A stretch of 64,000 bases of DNA from contig JBFMAF010000031.1 of assembly GCA_040755995.1 (NCBI GenBank), positions 1-64,000 on the forward strand. Direction: 5' to 3'. A program made the position numbers and the translations under genes. Below, piece after piece: positions 20,539 through 29,983 of the stretch. The DNA is from Acidobacteriota bacterium. Its GTDB lineage: Bacteria; Acidobacteriota; CAIWXX01. The first letter of the stretch is position 1. Every line of letters begins with the position of its first letter. The notes beneath the pieces are model-generated. The model was not told where the DNA came from. It searched no databases and saw nothing but the letters and a program-made list of their open reading frames with translations.

Positions 20539-21220
20539 GGTGGCCCTCCTTCCGTTGTGCACAACGAAACCCATCCATCGCGGCGGCGCAGAACGCGCGT
20601 ATGCGCCCGGCGTCTTTCACCCCGGCGCGAGACTCGAGCCCGCTGGCGGCGTCCACACCTGCCGGAGCGCACGTGGCGATCGCATCGGCAACGTTGTCGG
20701 GATTGAGGCCGCCTGCGATCACGAACGGCGCGCCCGCCGTGCGGGCCAGCTCCCACCGGAACGATCGTCCCGTCCCGCCAGGGTGGTTCGGTGCGAACGA
20801 GTCGAGGAGCAGGACGTCGCCCCATGTCTGCCTGCCGATTGTCTCCGGACGAGCCGGCCGCGCCTCCACGATCCCACAGCCACGCTCTGCCAGGCGCCGC
20901 CGAAGAGCCTCGCGTGGCGGCACGAGCATCTGCACGAAGGAGACCGGCAGGCTGGCGGCGAGTTCTTCGCTCGAGAAGGAGCCGTCCACTACGATCAGCA
21001 CCGGCACAAGGCGCATCTGCACGGCGACCAAGACCAGCGGTTGGACCCGCTCGAGCGGAACATACCTCGGGCTCCGGCGCCACGTGTTGATCCCGACATG
21101 GGTGGCTCCCGCGCCGGCGCACGCTTCCAGATCCAAAAGGGTGCAAACGCCGCACACCTTGATCCAGGGCGAGGTTCGAGACGGGGGCGTCGCCGCCGCG
21201 CGGCACCGCTGCGCGCTCAT
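20528..21220 (-). CDS. trpF: phosphoribosylanthranilate isomerase
   Basis: IKVCG, SPRYV, GGTG, AGGL, GVDAASGLE. Confidence 0.92.
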   Translation of the reverse strand: MSAQRCRAAATPPSRTSPWIKVCGVCTLLDLEACAGAGATHVGINTWRRSPRYVPLERVQPLVLVAVQMRLVPVLIVVDGSFSSEELAASLPVSFVQMLVPPREALRRRLAERGCGIVEARPARPETIGRQTWGDVLLLDSFAPNHPGGTGRSFRWELARTAGAPFVIAGGLNPDNVADAIATCAPAGVDAASGLESRAGVKDAGRIRAFCAAAMDGFRCAQRKEGHHAF

Positions 21221-22026
21221 TGCAGCACCGCCACTTCTGCGCGGCCGAGTGCTCGTCCGAACCCGCGCAGCATAGACTCCGGATCGCTGGAGCGCATGAG
21301 TGCTTCGCCGATCAGGAAGCCGTGTGCCCCGGCATCCGCCAGCGCCCGCAGGTCAGCTTCGTCACGAATGCCGCTTTCGGCGATGGTCGCACTGCCGGGG
21401 GGAACCAATGGAGCGAGCGTTTTGACGGTGTCGAAGTCGACGTGGAACGTGTCGAGATCGCGCGAGTTGATCCCGATGACCCGGGCACCGCTCGCGACGG
21501 CATGACGCAGCTCGGGCTCGGAATGCACCTCGACCAGAGGCTCCAGGCCGAGGTCCAGAGCCCGCTCGACGTAGGCACCGAGGGCTTCGCCGAGGACGCG
21601 CGCGATCAGCAGCACCCAGCTGGCTCCGTCGTGCCGCGCCTGGACGAGTTGATAAGGATCGACGACGAAGTCCTTGCAGAGCACAGGCACTCGAACCGAT
21701 CGAGCCACAGCTGCGACATCTTCGGACGAGCCACAGAAGTAGTCCGGCTCGCACAGGACGCTGATGGCGTCCGCGCCGCCGCGCTCGTAGGCGAGCGCTC
21801 GCTCGACGACATCCGCGTGTGCCGTAATCCGGCCACGGCTGGGCGAGGCTCTCTTTATTTCGGCGATGATGAACCCGCAGCTCCGCACGATCCGCCCAAC
21901 GGGACTGGACGGCCGGCCTGCGCGCTCGGGCAACCGCGCCGCCAGATGGTCGTACGGCACAAGCGCACGAGCTTTCTGCACGCGCTCTCGTCTTCTGGCA
22001 ATGACTTGTTCAAGAAAGCCGTGCAT
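21217..22026 (-). CDS. trpC: indole-3-glycerol phosphate synthase
   Basis: IAEIKRASPS, KDF, LVEVH, GINSRDL, AESGI. Confidence 0.95.
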   Translation of the reverse strand: MHGFLEQVIARRRERVQKARALVPYDHLAARLPERAGRPSSPVGRIVRSCGFIIAEIKRASPSRGRITAHADVVERALAYERGGADAISVLCEPDYFCGSSEDVAAVARSVRVPVLCKDFVVDPYQLVQARHDGASWVLLIARVLGEALGAYVERALDLGLEPLVEVHSEPELRHAVASGARVIGINSRDLDTFHVDFDTVKTLAPLVPPGSATIAESGIRDEADLRALADAGAHGFLIGEALMRSSDPESMLRGFGRALGRAEVAVLQ

Positions 22027-23029
22027 CTTGTCTCTCCAACAGTGCATCGAAGAAACGCCCTACCTCGCCGCTCTCGATGGCATCCAGCGCGACTCCGGCC
22101 GCCTCTTTCAGCCCCTCGCATCTGCCGGCGATGCGCAGGGCAAGCGCAGCATTCGCGGCCACGGCGCGGCATAGCCCGCGGTCCGCGTGGCCTCGCAGGA
22201 GCGCTTCGAGCTGGGCAGCGTTGTGCGTAGCGTCGCCGCCGAGCACGTCCTCGCGCCGGCCGGCTGGAAGCCCGAAGTCGTCGTGGCCGAGATCGTACTG
22301 GTCGCGCCGTCCGTTTCGCAGCTCGATCACGTGCGTCGGTGCGCTGAGGATGACCTCGTCATAGCCGCCATCGGCGTGGACGATCATGGCACGCTCGCAG
22401 CCCAGCATCTCCATGCAGCCCGCCACGAGCGACATGCATTCGCGGCTGAAGACGCCGACCACCTGGCGCCGTACGCCGGCGGGGTTGAGGAGCGGTCCCA
22501 GCAGGTTGAAAGCGGTGCGAACACCCATCGTTCGTCTCACCGCCGACATGTGGGCCATGGCCGGGTGGTATTTCGGAGCGAACAGGAATGCGAACCGATG
22601 CTCAGTGTACCTCGCGGCCGCCTCCGCCGGGTCCTCAGCGATGGGATAGCCGAGGGACTCGAGAAGATCGGCGGAGCCGCACGCGCTGGAGACGCCGCGA
22701 TTGCCATGTTTTGCGACGTGCTGGCCGAGGGATGCCGTGGTAAGCGCCGCGGCGGTGCTCAGGTTGAACGTAGCACGATTGTCCCCGCCGGTGCCGCACG
22801 TGTCCACTGCGTTCGGAGCGGGCGGGAACGGCTTCATCGACTCGCGGAAGGCCATGGCAAGGCCCGCGATCTCTTCGGCTGTTTCGCCCCGGGCCGCGAG
22901 GGCGCCGAGGAACGCCGCTGCCGCCACGGGCTCGGTGTTGCCGGACGCGAGCGATCGTCCTGCTTCCAGCGCCTCCTGCCTGGCCAGCACGCCGCCCGCG
23001 GCCACCTTCCTCAGGATGTCCCTAAACAT
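22010..23029 (-). CDS. trpD: anthranilate phosphoribosyltransferase
   Basis: DTCGTGGD, NLST, KHGNR, FNLLGPLLNP. Confidence 0.95.
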   Translation of the reverse strand: MFRDILRKVAAGGVLARQEALEAGRSLASGNTEPVAAAAFLGALAARGETAEEIAGLAMAFRESMKPFPPAPNAVDTCGTGGDNRATFNLSTAAALTTASLGQHVAKHGNRGVSSACGSADLLESLGYPIAEDPAEAAARYTEHRFAFLFAPKYHPAMAHMSAVRRTMGVRTAFNLLGPLLNPAGVRRQVVGVFSRECMSLVAGCMEMLGCERAMIVHADGGYDEVILSAPTHVIELRNGRRDQYDLGHDDFGLPAGRREDVLGGDATHNAAQLEALLRGHADRGLCRAVAANAALALRIAGRCEGLKEAAGVALDAIESGEVGRFFDALLERQDARLS

Positions 23030-23606
23030 GCCGCACCGCCTGGCACATCGCGACGAAGTTGCCGCAAACACGTTCCCCTTCAGGCGTGAGGATGGATTCC
23101 GGGTGGAACTGCACGCCGTGACAGTGATGTGCTCGGTGCCGGAGCGCCATGATCTCACCGTCCGGTGTGGTGCCCTGCACTATCAGGCAGTCCGGCACGC
23201 AATCGGACAGCACTGCAAGCGAATGGTATCGGCCGGCCATGAACGGACTGGGGAGCCCCGAGAGAACGCCGGACCCATCGTGCACGACGGGAGACGTCTT
23301 GCCGTGCATCGGCCGGGCGGCACGGTCCACCTTTGCGCCAAAAGCCTCGGCGATCGCCTGATGACCGAGGCAAACGCCGAGAATCGGGATGCGGCCGGCG
23401 AAGTTCCGGACGACGCTCTTGCAGACACCGGCTTCCGCGGGAGTGCCCGGACCCGGGGAGAGCACGATTCCCGAAGGATCGAGCTCTTCGATCTCCTCTA
23501 CACCGATCCCATCATTTCGCACGACTCGGACGGAGGGCTCGATCGCGCCGATCATTGAGACGAGATTGAACGTGAACGAATCGTAGTTGTCGATAAACAG
23601 AATCAT
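23022..23606 (-). CDS. trpG: anthranilate synthase component II (glutamine amidotransferase)
   Basis: IDNYDSFT, SPGPG, GVCLGHQ, RYHSL, QFHPES. Confidence 0.95.
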   Translation of the reverse strand: MILFIDNYDSFTFNLVSMIGAIEPSVRVVRNDGIGVEEIEELDPSGIVLSPGPGTPAEAGVCKSVVRNFAGRIPILGVCLGHQAIAEAFGAKVDRAARPMHGKTSPVVHDGSGVLSGLPSPFMAGRYHSLAVLSDCVPDCLIVQGTTPDGEIMALRHRAHHCHGVQFHPESILTPEGERVCGNFVAMCQAVRHV

Positions 23607-25081
23607 CGCTCACCTCCAAAGGCAGTTGACAGTTGTTGGTTGTCAGTTGTCAGAGGAGCCGGACGCGCATCATCGCCATGCAATGCAGCCAGAAGAGCGG
23701 CGGCTTTGTGGTGGATCTCGGCCCACTCGCTGTCCTCGTTCGAGTCCGCGACGATGCCGGCGCCCGATCTGAAGCGCACCGTCTCGCCTTCGAACTCCAT
23801 CGAGCGGATCGCGATGCAGGTTTCGATGGTGCCCGACGCGTCGATAACTCCGACGGCACCTCCGTAGAGCCCCCGGTCCGCTCCTTCGAGCTCCGACAGC
23901 ATCTGGACCGCGCGAATCTTCGGAGCGCCGCTGACCGTGCCGGCCGGAAAGGTGCTCCAGACGGCATCCAGCGGTGAACGATCGGGCGAGAGTCTGCCAC
24001 GGACCTCCGAAGTCATGTGCATCACGTGCGAGAACCGCTCGATACGGCCACGCACCGGAACGGTGACCGAGCCGAAATCGCAGACGCGGCCGAGGTCGTT
24101 GCGGGCCAGGTCGACCAGCATGGCGTGCTCTGCGAGCTCCTTCGGATCGGCCCGCAGGTCGTCCTCGAGCGCCGCATCTTCTTGCGGCGTGGCGCCTCGC
24201 CGCCTCGTGCCCGCAATCGGAATCGTGGTGACCTCGCGGCCTTCGATCCGAACCAGCATCTCGGGGGAGGCTCCCAGCACCTGGCGGCCGGCCAGAGAGA
24301 TGTAGAAATGGTATGGAGAGGGATTGAGCCGCCGCAGCCGGCGATAGACCGCGAACGGATCACCGCAGTAGCGGCCCTCGAACGGCTCGGACAGGACCAC
24401 CTGGTAGGCATCCCCGGCCAGGATGGCCGACTGGACCGCGGCGAGATTGCGCGAAAACCGGTCTCGCTGCGGTCCTGCCAGCAGAGACCAGGAGCCGTCC
24501 GCCGGAACCGTTCGCACAGCACCCGCGATACACGTCTCCATTTCTCGCAGGTGGGAGCGGCATTCAGTCTCATCTTCGCCATCCAGCGGAATCCGGTAGA
24601 GGTACACTTCCTGGCACAAGTGATCGAACACCAATCCGGCCGAGAAGAGTCCGAAAACGATCCGCGGATTCCGGGCACCGGGGAACCCGGCCCTGAGAGC
24701 GGGCTCGAAGAGCCCGTACGATGCGAAGTCGAACCAACCTACGGCCCCGCCCAGAAAGGGGACTTGCCGCGGTGCGTCATGCCGGATGAAGCCTGCCGCC
24801 CACTGGGCCAGCGCGCCCTCTACGTCGCTCCCGAGACCCGTCACGCGCCCGTTCGCACGGAGAGATGCACCGTCTCCTGCCTCGAACAGCTCGATCGGCG
24901 CGAAGCCGAGAAACGAGTAGCGTGCTTGCGATTCGCCGCCGAAGACCGACTCGAGCAGGAATGCGTCGTCGCCGGGTTTCGTCAGTGCGAGGAATGCGCG
25001 GACGGGAGTGCCGAGGTCCACCGGGATGCGGAGCACCACGGGCGGCCGCATGCTCGTTGCTACAATCTCTTTCACGTCCAT
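23603..25081 (-). CDS. trpE: anthranilate synthase component I
   Basis: FLLES, NPSPY, SPE, PIAGT, EHAMLVDLARND, GAPK. Confidence 0.95.
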   Translation of the reverse strand: MDVKEIVATSMRPPVVLRIPVDLGTPVRAFLALTKPGDDAFLLESVFGGESQARYSFLGFAPIELFEAGDGASLRANGRVTGLGSDVEGALAQWAAGFIRHDAPRQVPFLGGAVGWFDFASYGLFEPALRAGFPGARNPRIVFGLFSAGLVFDHLCQEVYLYRIPLDGEDETECRSHLREMETCIAGAVRTVPADGSWSLLAGPQRDRFSRNLAAVQSAILAGDAYQVVLSEPFEGRYCGDPFAVYRRLRRLNPSPYHFYISLAGRQVLGASPEMLVRIEGREVTTIPIAGTRRRGATPQEDAALEDDLRADPKELAEHAMLVDLARNDLGRVCDFGSVTVPVRGRIERFSHVMHMTSEVRGRLSPDRSPLDAVWSTFPAGTVSGAPKIRAVQMLSELEGADRGLYGGAVGVIDASGTIETCIAIRSMEFEGETVRFRSGAGIVADSNEDSEWAEIHHKAAALLAALHGDDARPAPLTTDNQQLSTAFGGER

Positions 25082-25093
25082 CTTCCCCCAGAC

Positions 25094-25122
25094 AGAAAAA
25101 GGCCCACCGCAAGCGGTGGGCC
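25094..25122 (-). terminator. attenuator terminator hairpin upstream of trpE
   Basis: Minus strand GGCCCACCG-CTTG-CGGTGGGCC followed by TTTTTCT. Confidence 0.9.
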
Positions 25123-25148
25123 GGTTTGCGCTCGCCTCTAGTTGCCGG

Positions 25149-25253
25149 CTACACGGTAGCTACCCGCGCGGGCGCACCCGGCCCTTGCCAGTACCAGAAG
25201 TACAGGACGAAGGCCACGGGGCTCGAATTGCGCGTCGCGGTGCTACCGATCAT
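25149..25253 (-). CDS. trpL: aromatic amino-acid leader peptide (34 aa) MIGSTATRNSSPVAFVLYFWYWQGPGAPARVATV
   Basis: Translated by hand; F/Y/W codon cluster immediately 5' of the antiterminator arm; lies between the promoter and the terminator. Confidence 0.85.
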   Translation of the reverse strand: MIGSTATRNSSPVAFVLYFWYWQGPGAPARVATV

Positions 25254-25260
25254 CGCGCGT

Positions 25261-25289
25261 AATCTAAGACAGGCAAGGACGGTTGTCAA
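25261..25289 (-). promoter_or_regulatory. sigma70 promoter of the trp-aro operon (leaderless start of the leader ORF)
   Basis: TTGACA-17 nt-TAGATT, then 7 nt, then ATG. Confidence 0.8.
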
Positions 25290-25453
25290 GGCAAAAGGCA
25301 AAGTGCAAGATGCAAAAGGGAAGGGCACAGTTGCAGTCCCATTCCTATCGGGTACATCGGGTACGAGAACACATTCGGGCGCGCAGAGGTGTGTGATACA
25401 ATCGCAGCGATGGAAGTGGGGCGGTCAGCCGCACTGTGTGAATGTGAGGGGAA

Positions 25454-25774
25454 ATGACCAAGTTTGAGCGCCACGTCTTCATATGTACCAACCGCCGGCC
25501 GGATTGGGACCCGAAGGGTTCTTGTGCGAAGTCGGGCTCGGAGCTAGTTCTGGCCGCATTCAAGGAGGGGCTCTCCCGCAGAGCCCTGAACAACCGGATC
25601 CGGGCCAATGCCGCTGGCTGCCTCGACGCATGCGCCGACGGCCCTGCTGTGGTCGTGTATCCCGATGGAGTCTGGTACGGCAGAGTGCGGCCCGAGGACG
25701 TGGAGGAGATCATAGAGGAACACCTCGTGAAGGGGAAGCCCGTCGAGAGGCTGCGCATTGCGGAGTCGCTGTGA
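25454..25774 (+). CDS. thioredoxin-like [2Fe-2S] ferredoxin
   Basis: HVFICTN...SC...GCLDAC..GP.VVVYPDGVWY. Confidence 0.92.
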   Translation: MTKFERHVFICTNRRPDWDPKGSCAKSGSELVLAAFKEGLSRRALNNRIRANAAGCLDACADGPAVVVYPDGVWYGRVRPEDVEEIIEEHLVKGKPVERLRIAESL

Positions 25775-25876
25775 CGGCCCGGCGGGCTCAAACGAGTCCG
25801 GCGTGCTGGAATGCGCGAGGCGAAGAGCGTGTTGCGATTGAGGCAGGTTTTCGGAGCGCAGCGTCATTGGCCGGAG

Positions 25877-25973
25877 TCCGTACCCATACCCCTTCCCGTA
25901 CCCGTTCCCGATGCGGATCGGGTACGCGCACGGGTACGGGTACCGGCCTTCGGCCTGGGCACGGCGTATGGGG
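25877..25973. repeat. imperfect palindrome built of CCCGTA/TACGGG hexamers
   Basis: CCGTACCCATACCCTTCCCGTACCCGTTCCCGAT-GCGG-ATCGGGTACGCGCACGGGTACGGG; related units at about 7204 and 37333. Confidence 0.6.
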
Positions 25974-26042
25974 TCATAATTCATCGATCTGAGGCGCCGC
26001 GTCGCCAGCACGTCTGGCTGAAGCCGGGCGATTAGGAGATCA

Positions 26043-26777
26043 ATGCAAGACGAAGAAAAAGCAGGACACGAGAATCAGGAAAGGCGCCGGGCCGGGAGTC
26101 GCAGGCGCCGCCGGGGGGGTCGCCGGCACCGCAGGCGCCCGGTCCCGCAGGCCGAACCGCAGGCGCAGGAGGCTGCGGCGCCCGAAGAGGCTGTCGGTGT
26201 GGTCGAGCCGCTCTTGGTACCCGAGGAGGTAGTGGTCGAGCAGCCAATCGCCGTCGCCGCTCCAGCCGAGGAACCCGCCGAGCCGGCTCCGGCGCCCACT
26301 GGAGGCCGGCGCATCGCGTGCGCGGTCGTTTCGGTGACCGAGACGCGCAACCCCAAGACCGACGTCAGCGGGCGGACCATGCGCACGCACCTGGGCAAAG
26401 CACCGTACCGTGTCAAGACCAACCGCATCGTCAAGGACCAGGCTGCCGACATCCGCAAGACGGTGCTCGAGCTGCTTAACGACGACGACCTCAAGGTGAT
26501 TCTGTTCACGGGCGGGACCGGCATCGGCGTGCGGGACCATACCCTCGAGGTGATCGAGACGGTACTGGAGAAGGAGATCCCCGGGTTTGGAGAGACCTTC
26601 CGGCAGCTCTCGTATCAGGAGGTTGGCCCCGCCGCCATTCTGGGCCGCGCCCTGGCAGGCGTGGCCCGCCAGAAGTTCATCGCTTGCCTGCCGGGCTCGC
26701 CGCAGGCCGTGCGCCTTGCGATGGAGCGTATCCTCGCACCCGAGCTGCCCCACATTGTGGAGATGCTTGACCGGTGA
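26043..26777 (+). CDS. moaB: MoaB/MogA-family molybdopterin adenylyltransferase with low-complexity N-terminal extension
   Basis: DVSG, TGGTGIGVRD.T.E, IPGFGE.FR, LPGSPQAV. Confidence 0.85.
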   Translation: MQDEEKAGHENQERRRAGSRRRRRGGRRHRRRPVPQAEPQAQEAAAPEEAVGVVEPLLVPEEVVVEQPIAVAAPAEEPAEPAPAPTGGRRIACAVVSVTETRNPKTDVSGRTMRTHLGKAPYRVKTNRIVKDQAADIRKTVLELLNDDDLKVILFTGGTGIGVRDHTLEVIETVLEKEIPGFGETFRQLSYQEVGPAAILGRALAGVARQKFIACLPGSPQAVRLAMERILAPELPHIVEMLDR

Positions 26778-26786
26778 GCGGATGGA

Positions 26787-26817
26787 TCTTGGATTTCAGA
26801 TTTCAGATTTCAGATTT
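26787..26817. repeat. heptamer tandem repeat (GATTTCA)n
   Basis: GGATTTCAGATTTCAGATTTCAGATTT. Confidence 0.7.
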
Positions 26818-26946
26818 GGTGGTGGAGGTTGGGGCGGAGGTCTGATACCGTCGACGCTGCCGGCCCGAGGGGCTGAACGCCGGGTCCACCGCGTAATTTC
26901 GAAGCTCGAGGTTTGGCATCCGAGATTCCGATCTGGAGTCGAGTGA

Positions 26947-28590
26947 TTGTCTCGTAGGGACATCTGGATCGCCATCATCCTCGGGGCTCTTGCGATCGTT
27001 CTGGGGACGCTGGGGAGTGCGAGGTCGATCCCGGAGGTGGTCGAGCCGGCGCTGGAGCCGCACTACCTGCCCGAGTCGTGGGAGCCTGATGACGACAACG
27101 GGATAGACGACGCCCTTCGATTCCTCCGCAATGGCACGCTGCGCCCGGCGGATTTCATCGAGGCAGGCTTCCCGAAGTACTATGTCGCGATCGTGTACGC
27201 GGCTGTCTATCGAACGTCGGGGCGGGATCTGGACGCACTCTACGCGGGCAATCCCGGCGCATTCGTGCGTGAGGCATACGTCACAGGCTTTGCGGTCTCG
27301 GCCCTCTTCTTCGCGCTGGCCGTCGTCTTTGTCTACCTCACGGCCCGGCGCTGCTGTACCGCCTTCGCCTCGCTTTGCGCCGCACTGCTCGTTGCACTCA
27401 ACTCCGGCATCGTCACGCACGCGCACTTCGCCGTGTTCGATGTTCATTTGCTGTTCTTCGAGGCGCTTCTCTTCTTCCTCATTGTTCGTGGGTCATCGCC
27501 CGTGCGCCAGGCAGTCGCCGCGGGCCTGATGGCTGCGACAAAGTACACGGGTCTGCTGTTGTTCCCGATCATCCCCGGCGTTGTCTGTGCGCGCACGGGG
27601 ACCCGGCCTCACGCCCGGTCGCTCGCGCTCTGGGTACTGGCTGTGGGTGTAACGTTCTTCGTGCTCAACCCCTACGCTCTCATCGAGCTCCCTCGCTTCG
27701 TCCACGATCTCGGCGTCATCTACTTCACGCGATCGATGTTCAAGGGATTTCAGGGTACGTCGCTGGCCTTCTCGACCCATCTGGTCAACCTGTCACAGAC
27801 CGGCCTGTTCTTCGCTGTCGCGTCACTGGCAGCTCTCGGATCAGCGCTCCTCACGAAGCGGCGTTCGGAGCTGCAGACATCGGGCCTGATCGGGTTCTTC
27901 ACGATCTACCTGCTGACCGGCTGGAGTCGCCAGAACGCCATGCGGTTCTCTCTGCCGCTCTGCCTGCCGCTCGCCCTCCTGGCCGCGCCATTCGTCGACA
28001 GGCTGATGGGAAAGACACGGCGCTGGACTCGCGCGATCATGTGCCTTGGGCTGCTCTGGTCGTTCGCCGAATGTTGCGAGACCGTCTCGATGTTCTACCG
28101 GGATTCGCGTATCCAGGCCCGGTCGCTGGTTGATCAGAAAGGTTATCGTACGGTTGGCAGCCTTGGGCGGATGGCATACGTTCAGCCTGCGATCCCGGTC
28201 GGGTCGCTGCGACAGCTCCGGCTGGGGCAGCCGGCACCGAAGCAGCCGGACCTCTACTATCGCGCGCAGGCGCTCTACCGCAGGATCCGGGGTCTGCCTC
28301 CGGCGGAGACCCCACCTGTTCGGGATTCGACGATGGACTACTACTCGGCGAATCGTGATGCCCTGGACGCCGCTGCGCCGGATGCGCTCGTGCTCAGCTC
28401 CTTCGACGTCCTCCGGTACTTCTCACAGCCCGCCGCCTACCCGCAGACTACGCGCTTCCTGCAGGATCTGACCACCGGCAAGCTGGGCTACCGCCTGGTC
28501 GCGAGATTTCAGACAAGGACCTACCTCATCCGTCACGTCGAGTTCCTCAACCCCGAGATTCTAGTCCTCGAACGACAGAAAGATCCTTGA
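26947..28590 (+). CDS. GT-C fold (ArnT/PMT-like, family 39-type) membrane glycosyltransferase
   Basis: Acidic WEPDD loop after TM1, many TM helices, 'AGLMAATKY', 'FFVLNPY'. Confidence 0.75.
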   Translation: MSRRDIWIAIILGALAIVLGTLGSARSIPEVVEPALEPHYLPESWEPDDDNGIDDALRFLRNGTLRPADFIEAGFPKYYVAIVYAAVYRTSGRDLDALYAGNPGAFVREAYVTGFAVSALFFALAVVFVYLTARRCCTAFASLCAALLVALNSGIVTHAHFAVFDVHLLFFEALLFFLIVRGSSPVRQAVAAGLMAATKYTGLLLFPIIPGVVCARTGTRPHARSLALWVLAVGVTFFVLNPYALIELPRFVHDLGVIYFTRSMFKGFQGTSLAFSTHLVNLSQTGLFFAVASLAALGSALLTKRRSELQTSGLIGFFTIYLLTGWSRQNAMRFSLPLCLPLALLAAPFVDRLMGKTRRWTRAIMCLGLLWSFAECCETVSMFYRDSRIQARSLVDQKGYRTVGSLGRMAYVQPAIPVGSLRQLRLGQPAPKQPDLYYRAQALYRRIRGLPPAETPPVRDSTMDYYSANRDALDAAAPDALVLSSFDVLRYFSQPAAYPQTTRFLQDLTTGKLGYRLVARFQTRTYLIRHVEFLNPEILVLERQKDP

Positions 28591-28827
28591 TCGATCCGGG
28601 CATTGCCCCCCTGGGCTGTTGTGAATCAGGAAACCCAGGGCCGTATGAACTTGAAAAGCAAACTTCTTGGCCGCCGAAATGGTGGTTTTTCGGTGGGATT
28701 TACGGGGGATCGGGTTGAGGATGCCCAGACTAGCGCCCTGGCTGACTTGATTTCGGCGGCTCGCACTCCGGCAGGACTCGGGCGTCCAACACACGCGGGG
28801 CCGCGCCGCCGTCGCGGCGGACCCGCC

Positions 28828-29967
28828 TCAGATCCTGCGCATCGCTTCGACGATGGCGAGGCGCGCGGCGCCGCGCGCCGGCAGGAGGCCGCCGAGCAGT
28901 CCGACGACCAGCGAGAGTGCGAGCCCGCTCAGCATTACGCCGGGACCGACGGTGAATCGAACGCTCGCCGTCATGACGTTGAGCCGTAGCCCGTCCGCAA
29001 GGAAGCCGAGTGCGACGCCGAGTACGCCGCCGGTCAGACTGAGCAGGACCGACTCGGCCAGGAAGGAGAGCAGGATGCTGTTCCGGCTGAAGCCGATCGC
29101 CCGCAGCGTGCCGATCTCCCGCATCCGGCCTGCCACCGCGGTGTACATCGTGTTCATGCCGCCGAACACCGCCCCGAGCGTCACGATCCAGGCGATCATG
29201 AGTCCGAGCTGGGCGACGATCGCGAATACCCGTCCGGACCCCTGGTAGTACTCCTGCTCCGGCATCGCCGTCAGCAGGACGCGCCGGTCCCCCTCGAGCG
29301 ACACAATCACTGCGCCTGCATTGCCCGGGTTGTCGAGCTTAAGGGTGTAGCAGGAGAGCTCGTCGCGCCTGGATGCGCGCATCAGGTCCTCGCGGTCGGC
29401 CAGCACTCCGAACTCGAGGCTCGATCCCCCTGTCTCGAACAGGCCCGTCACGGTCCACCGCTCCCCGAACATGCCTACGGACTGACCGATGCCGACTCCG
29501 CCCAGCTTGTGCTGCGCGGCCCGTCCCACGAGCACTCGGTTGCCACGCAGCTCGGCCGTGCCCCTCAGGATCTTGATCGTGTCCTCCACTTCGAAATACA
29601 CCGGCTCGATCCCCCGCACCACCATGAAGATTTCGTCGCGCTTGCCCGGTGCGGTCACCCACGGTTCGATCGCAAGCTCCGGCGACACCAGGGTGCGATC
29701 GTGCACCTTCTTGAGGTGGGGAGCGTATAGGACCACGTCCCGGCTGCTCCTTGGCAGTGACGAGAGCGACTGCGAGAACGCCCCCTTCTGCAAGACCACC
29801 AGGTTGTCCGGCGATCCGGATGCCGCGAAGCTGGCCGACATACCGCGTCCGAGCGCCACCATGGCGGTGAACACCGAAACCACTGCGGCGATCCCCAGGA
29901 CCGTCAGTGCCGTTCTCGACCTCCGTTGCAGAACGCTCCGGATGTTGTACTTCAACGGTATGTTCAT
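28828..29967 (-). CDS. MacB/FtsX-type ABC transporter permease
   Basis: RTALTVLGI, NTMYTAVAGRMREIGTLRAIGF. Confidence 0.92.
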   Translation of the reverse strand: MNIPLKYNIRSVLQRRSRTALTVLGIAAVVSVFTAMVALGRGMSASFAASGSPDNLVVLQKGAFSQSLSSLPRSSRDVVLYAPHLKKVHDRTLVSPELAIEPWVTAPGKRDEIFMVVRGIEPVYFEVEDTIKILRGTAELRGNRVLVGRAAQHKLGGVGIGQSVGMFGERWTVTGLFETGGSSLEFGVLADREDLMRASRRDELSCYTLKLDNPGNAGAVIVSLEGDRRVLLTAMPEQEYYQGSGRVFAIVAQLGLMIAWIVTLGAVFGGMNTMYTAVAGRMREIGTLRAIGFSRNSILLSFLAESVLLSLTGGVLGVALGFLADGLRLNVMTASVRFTVGPGVMLSGLALSLVVGLLGGLLPARGAARLAIVEAMRRI

Positions 29968-29983
29968 GTCTTTCCTCTCCATC

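Noticed and set aside
25544..26011. ORFs with YPYP/GYGYG or PVPVP repeats
   Set aside because: They are translations of the hexamer palindrome, with no evidence of coding
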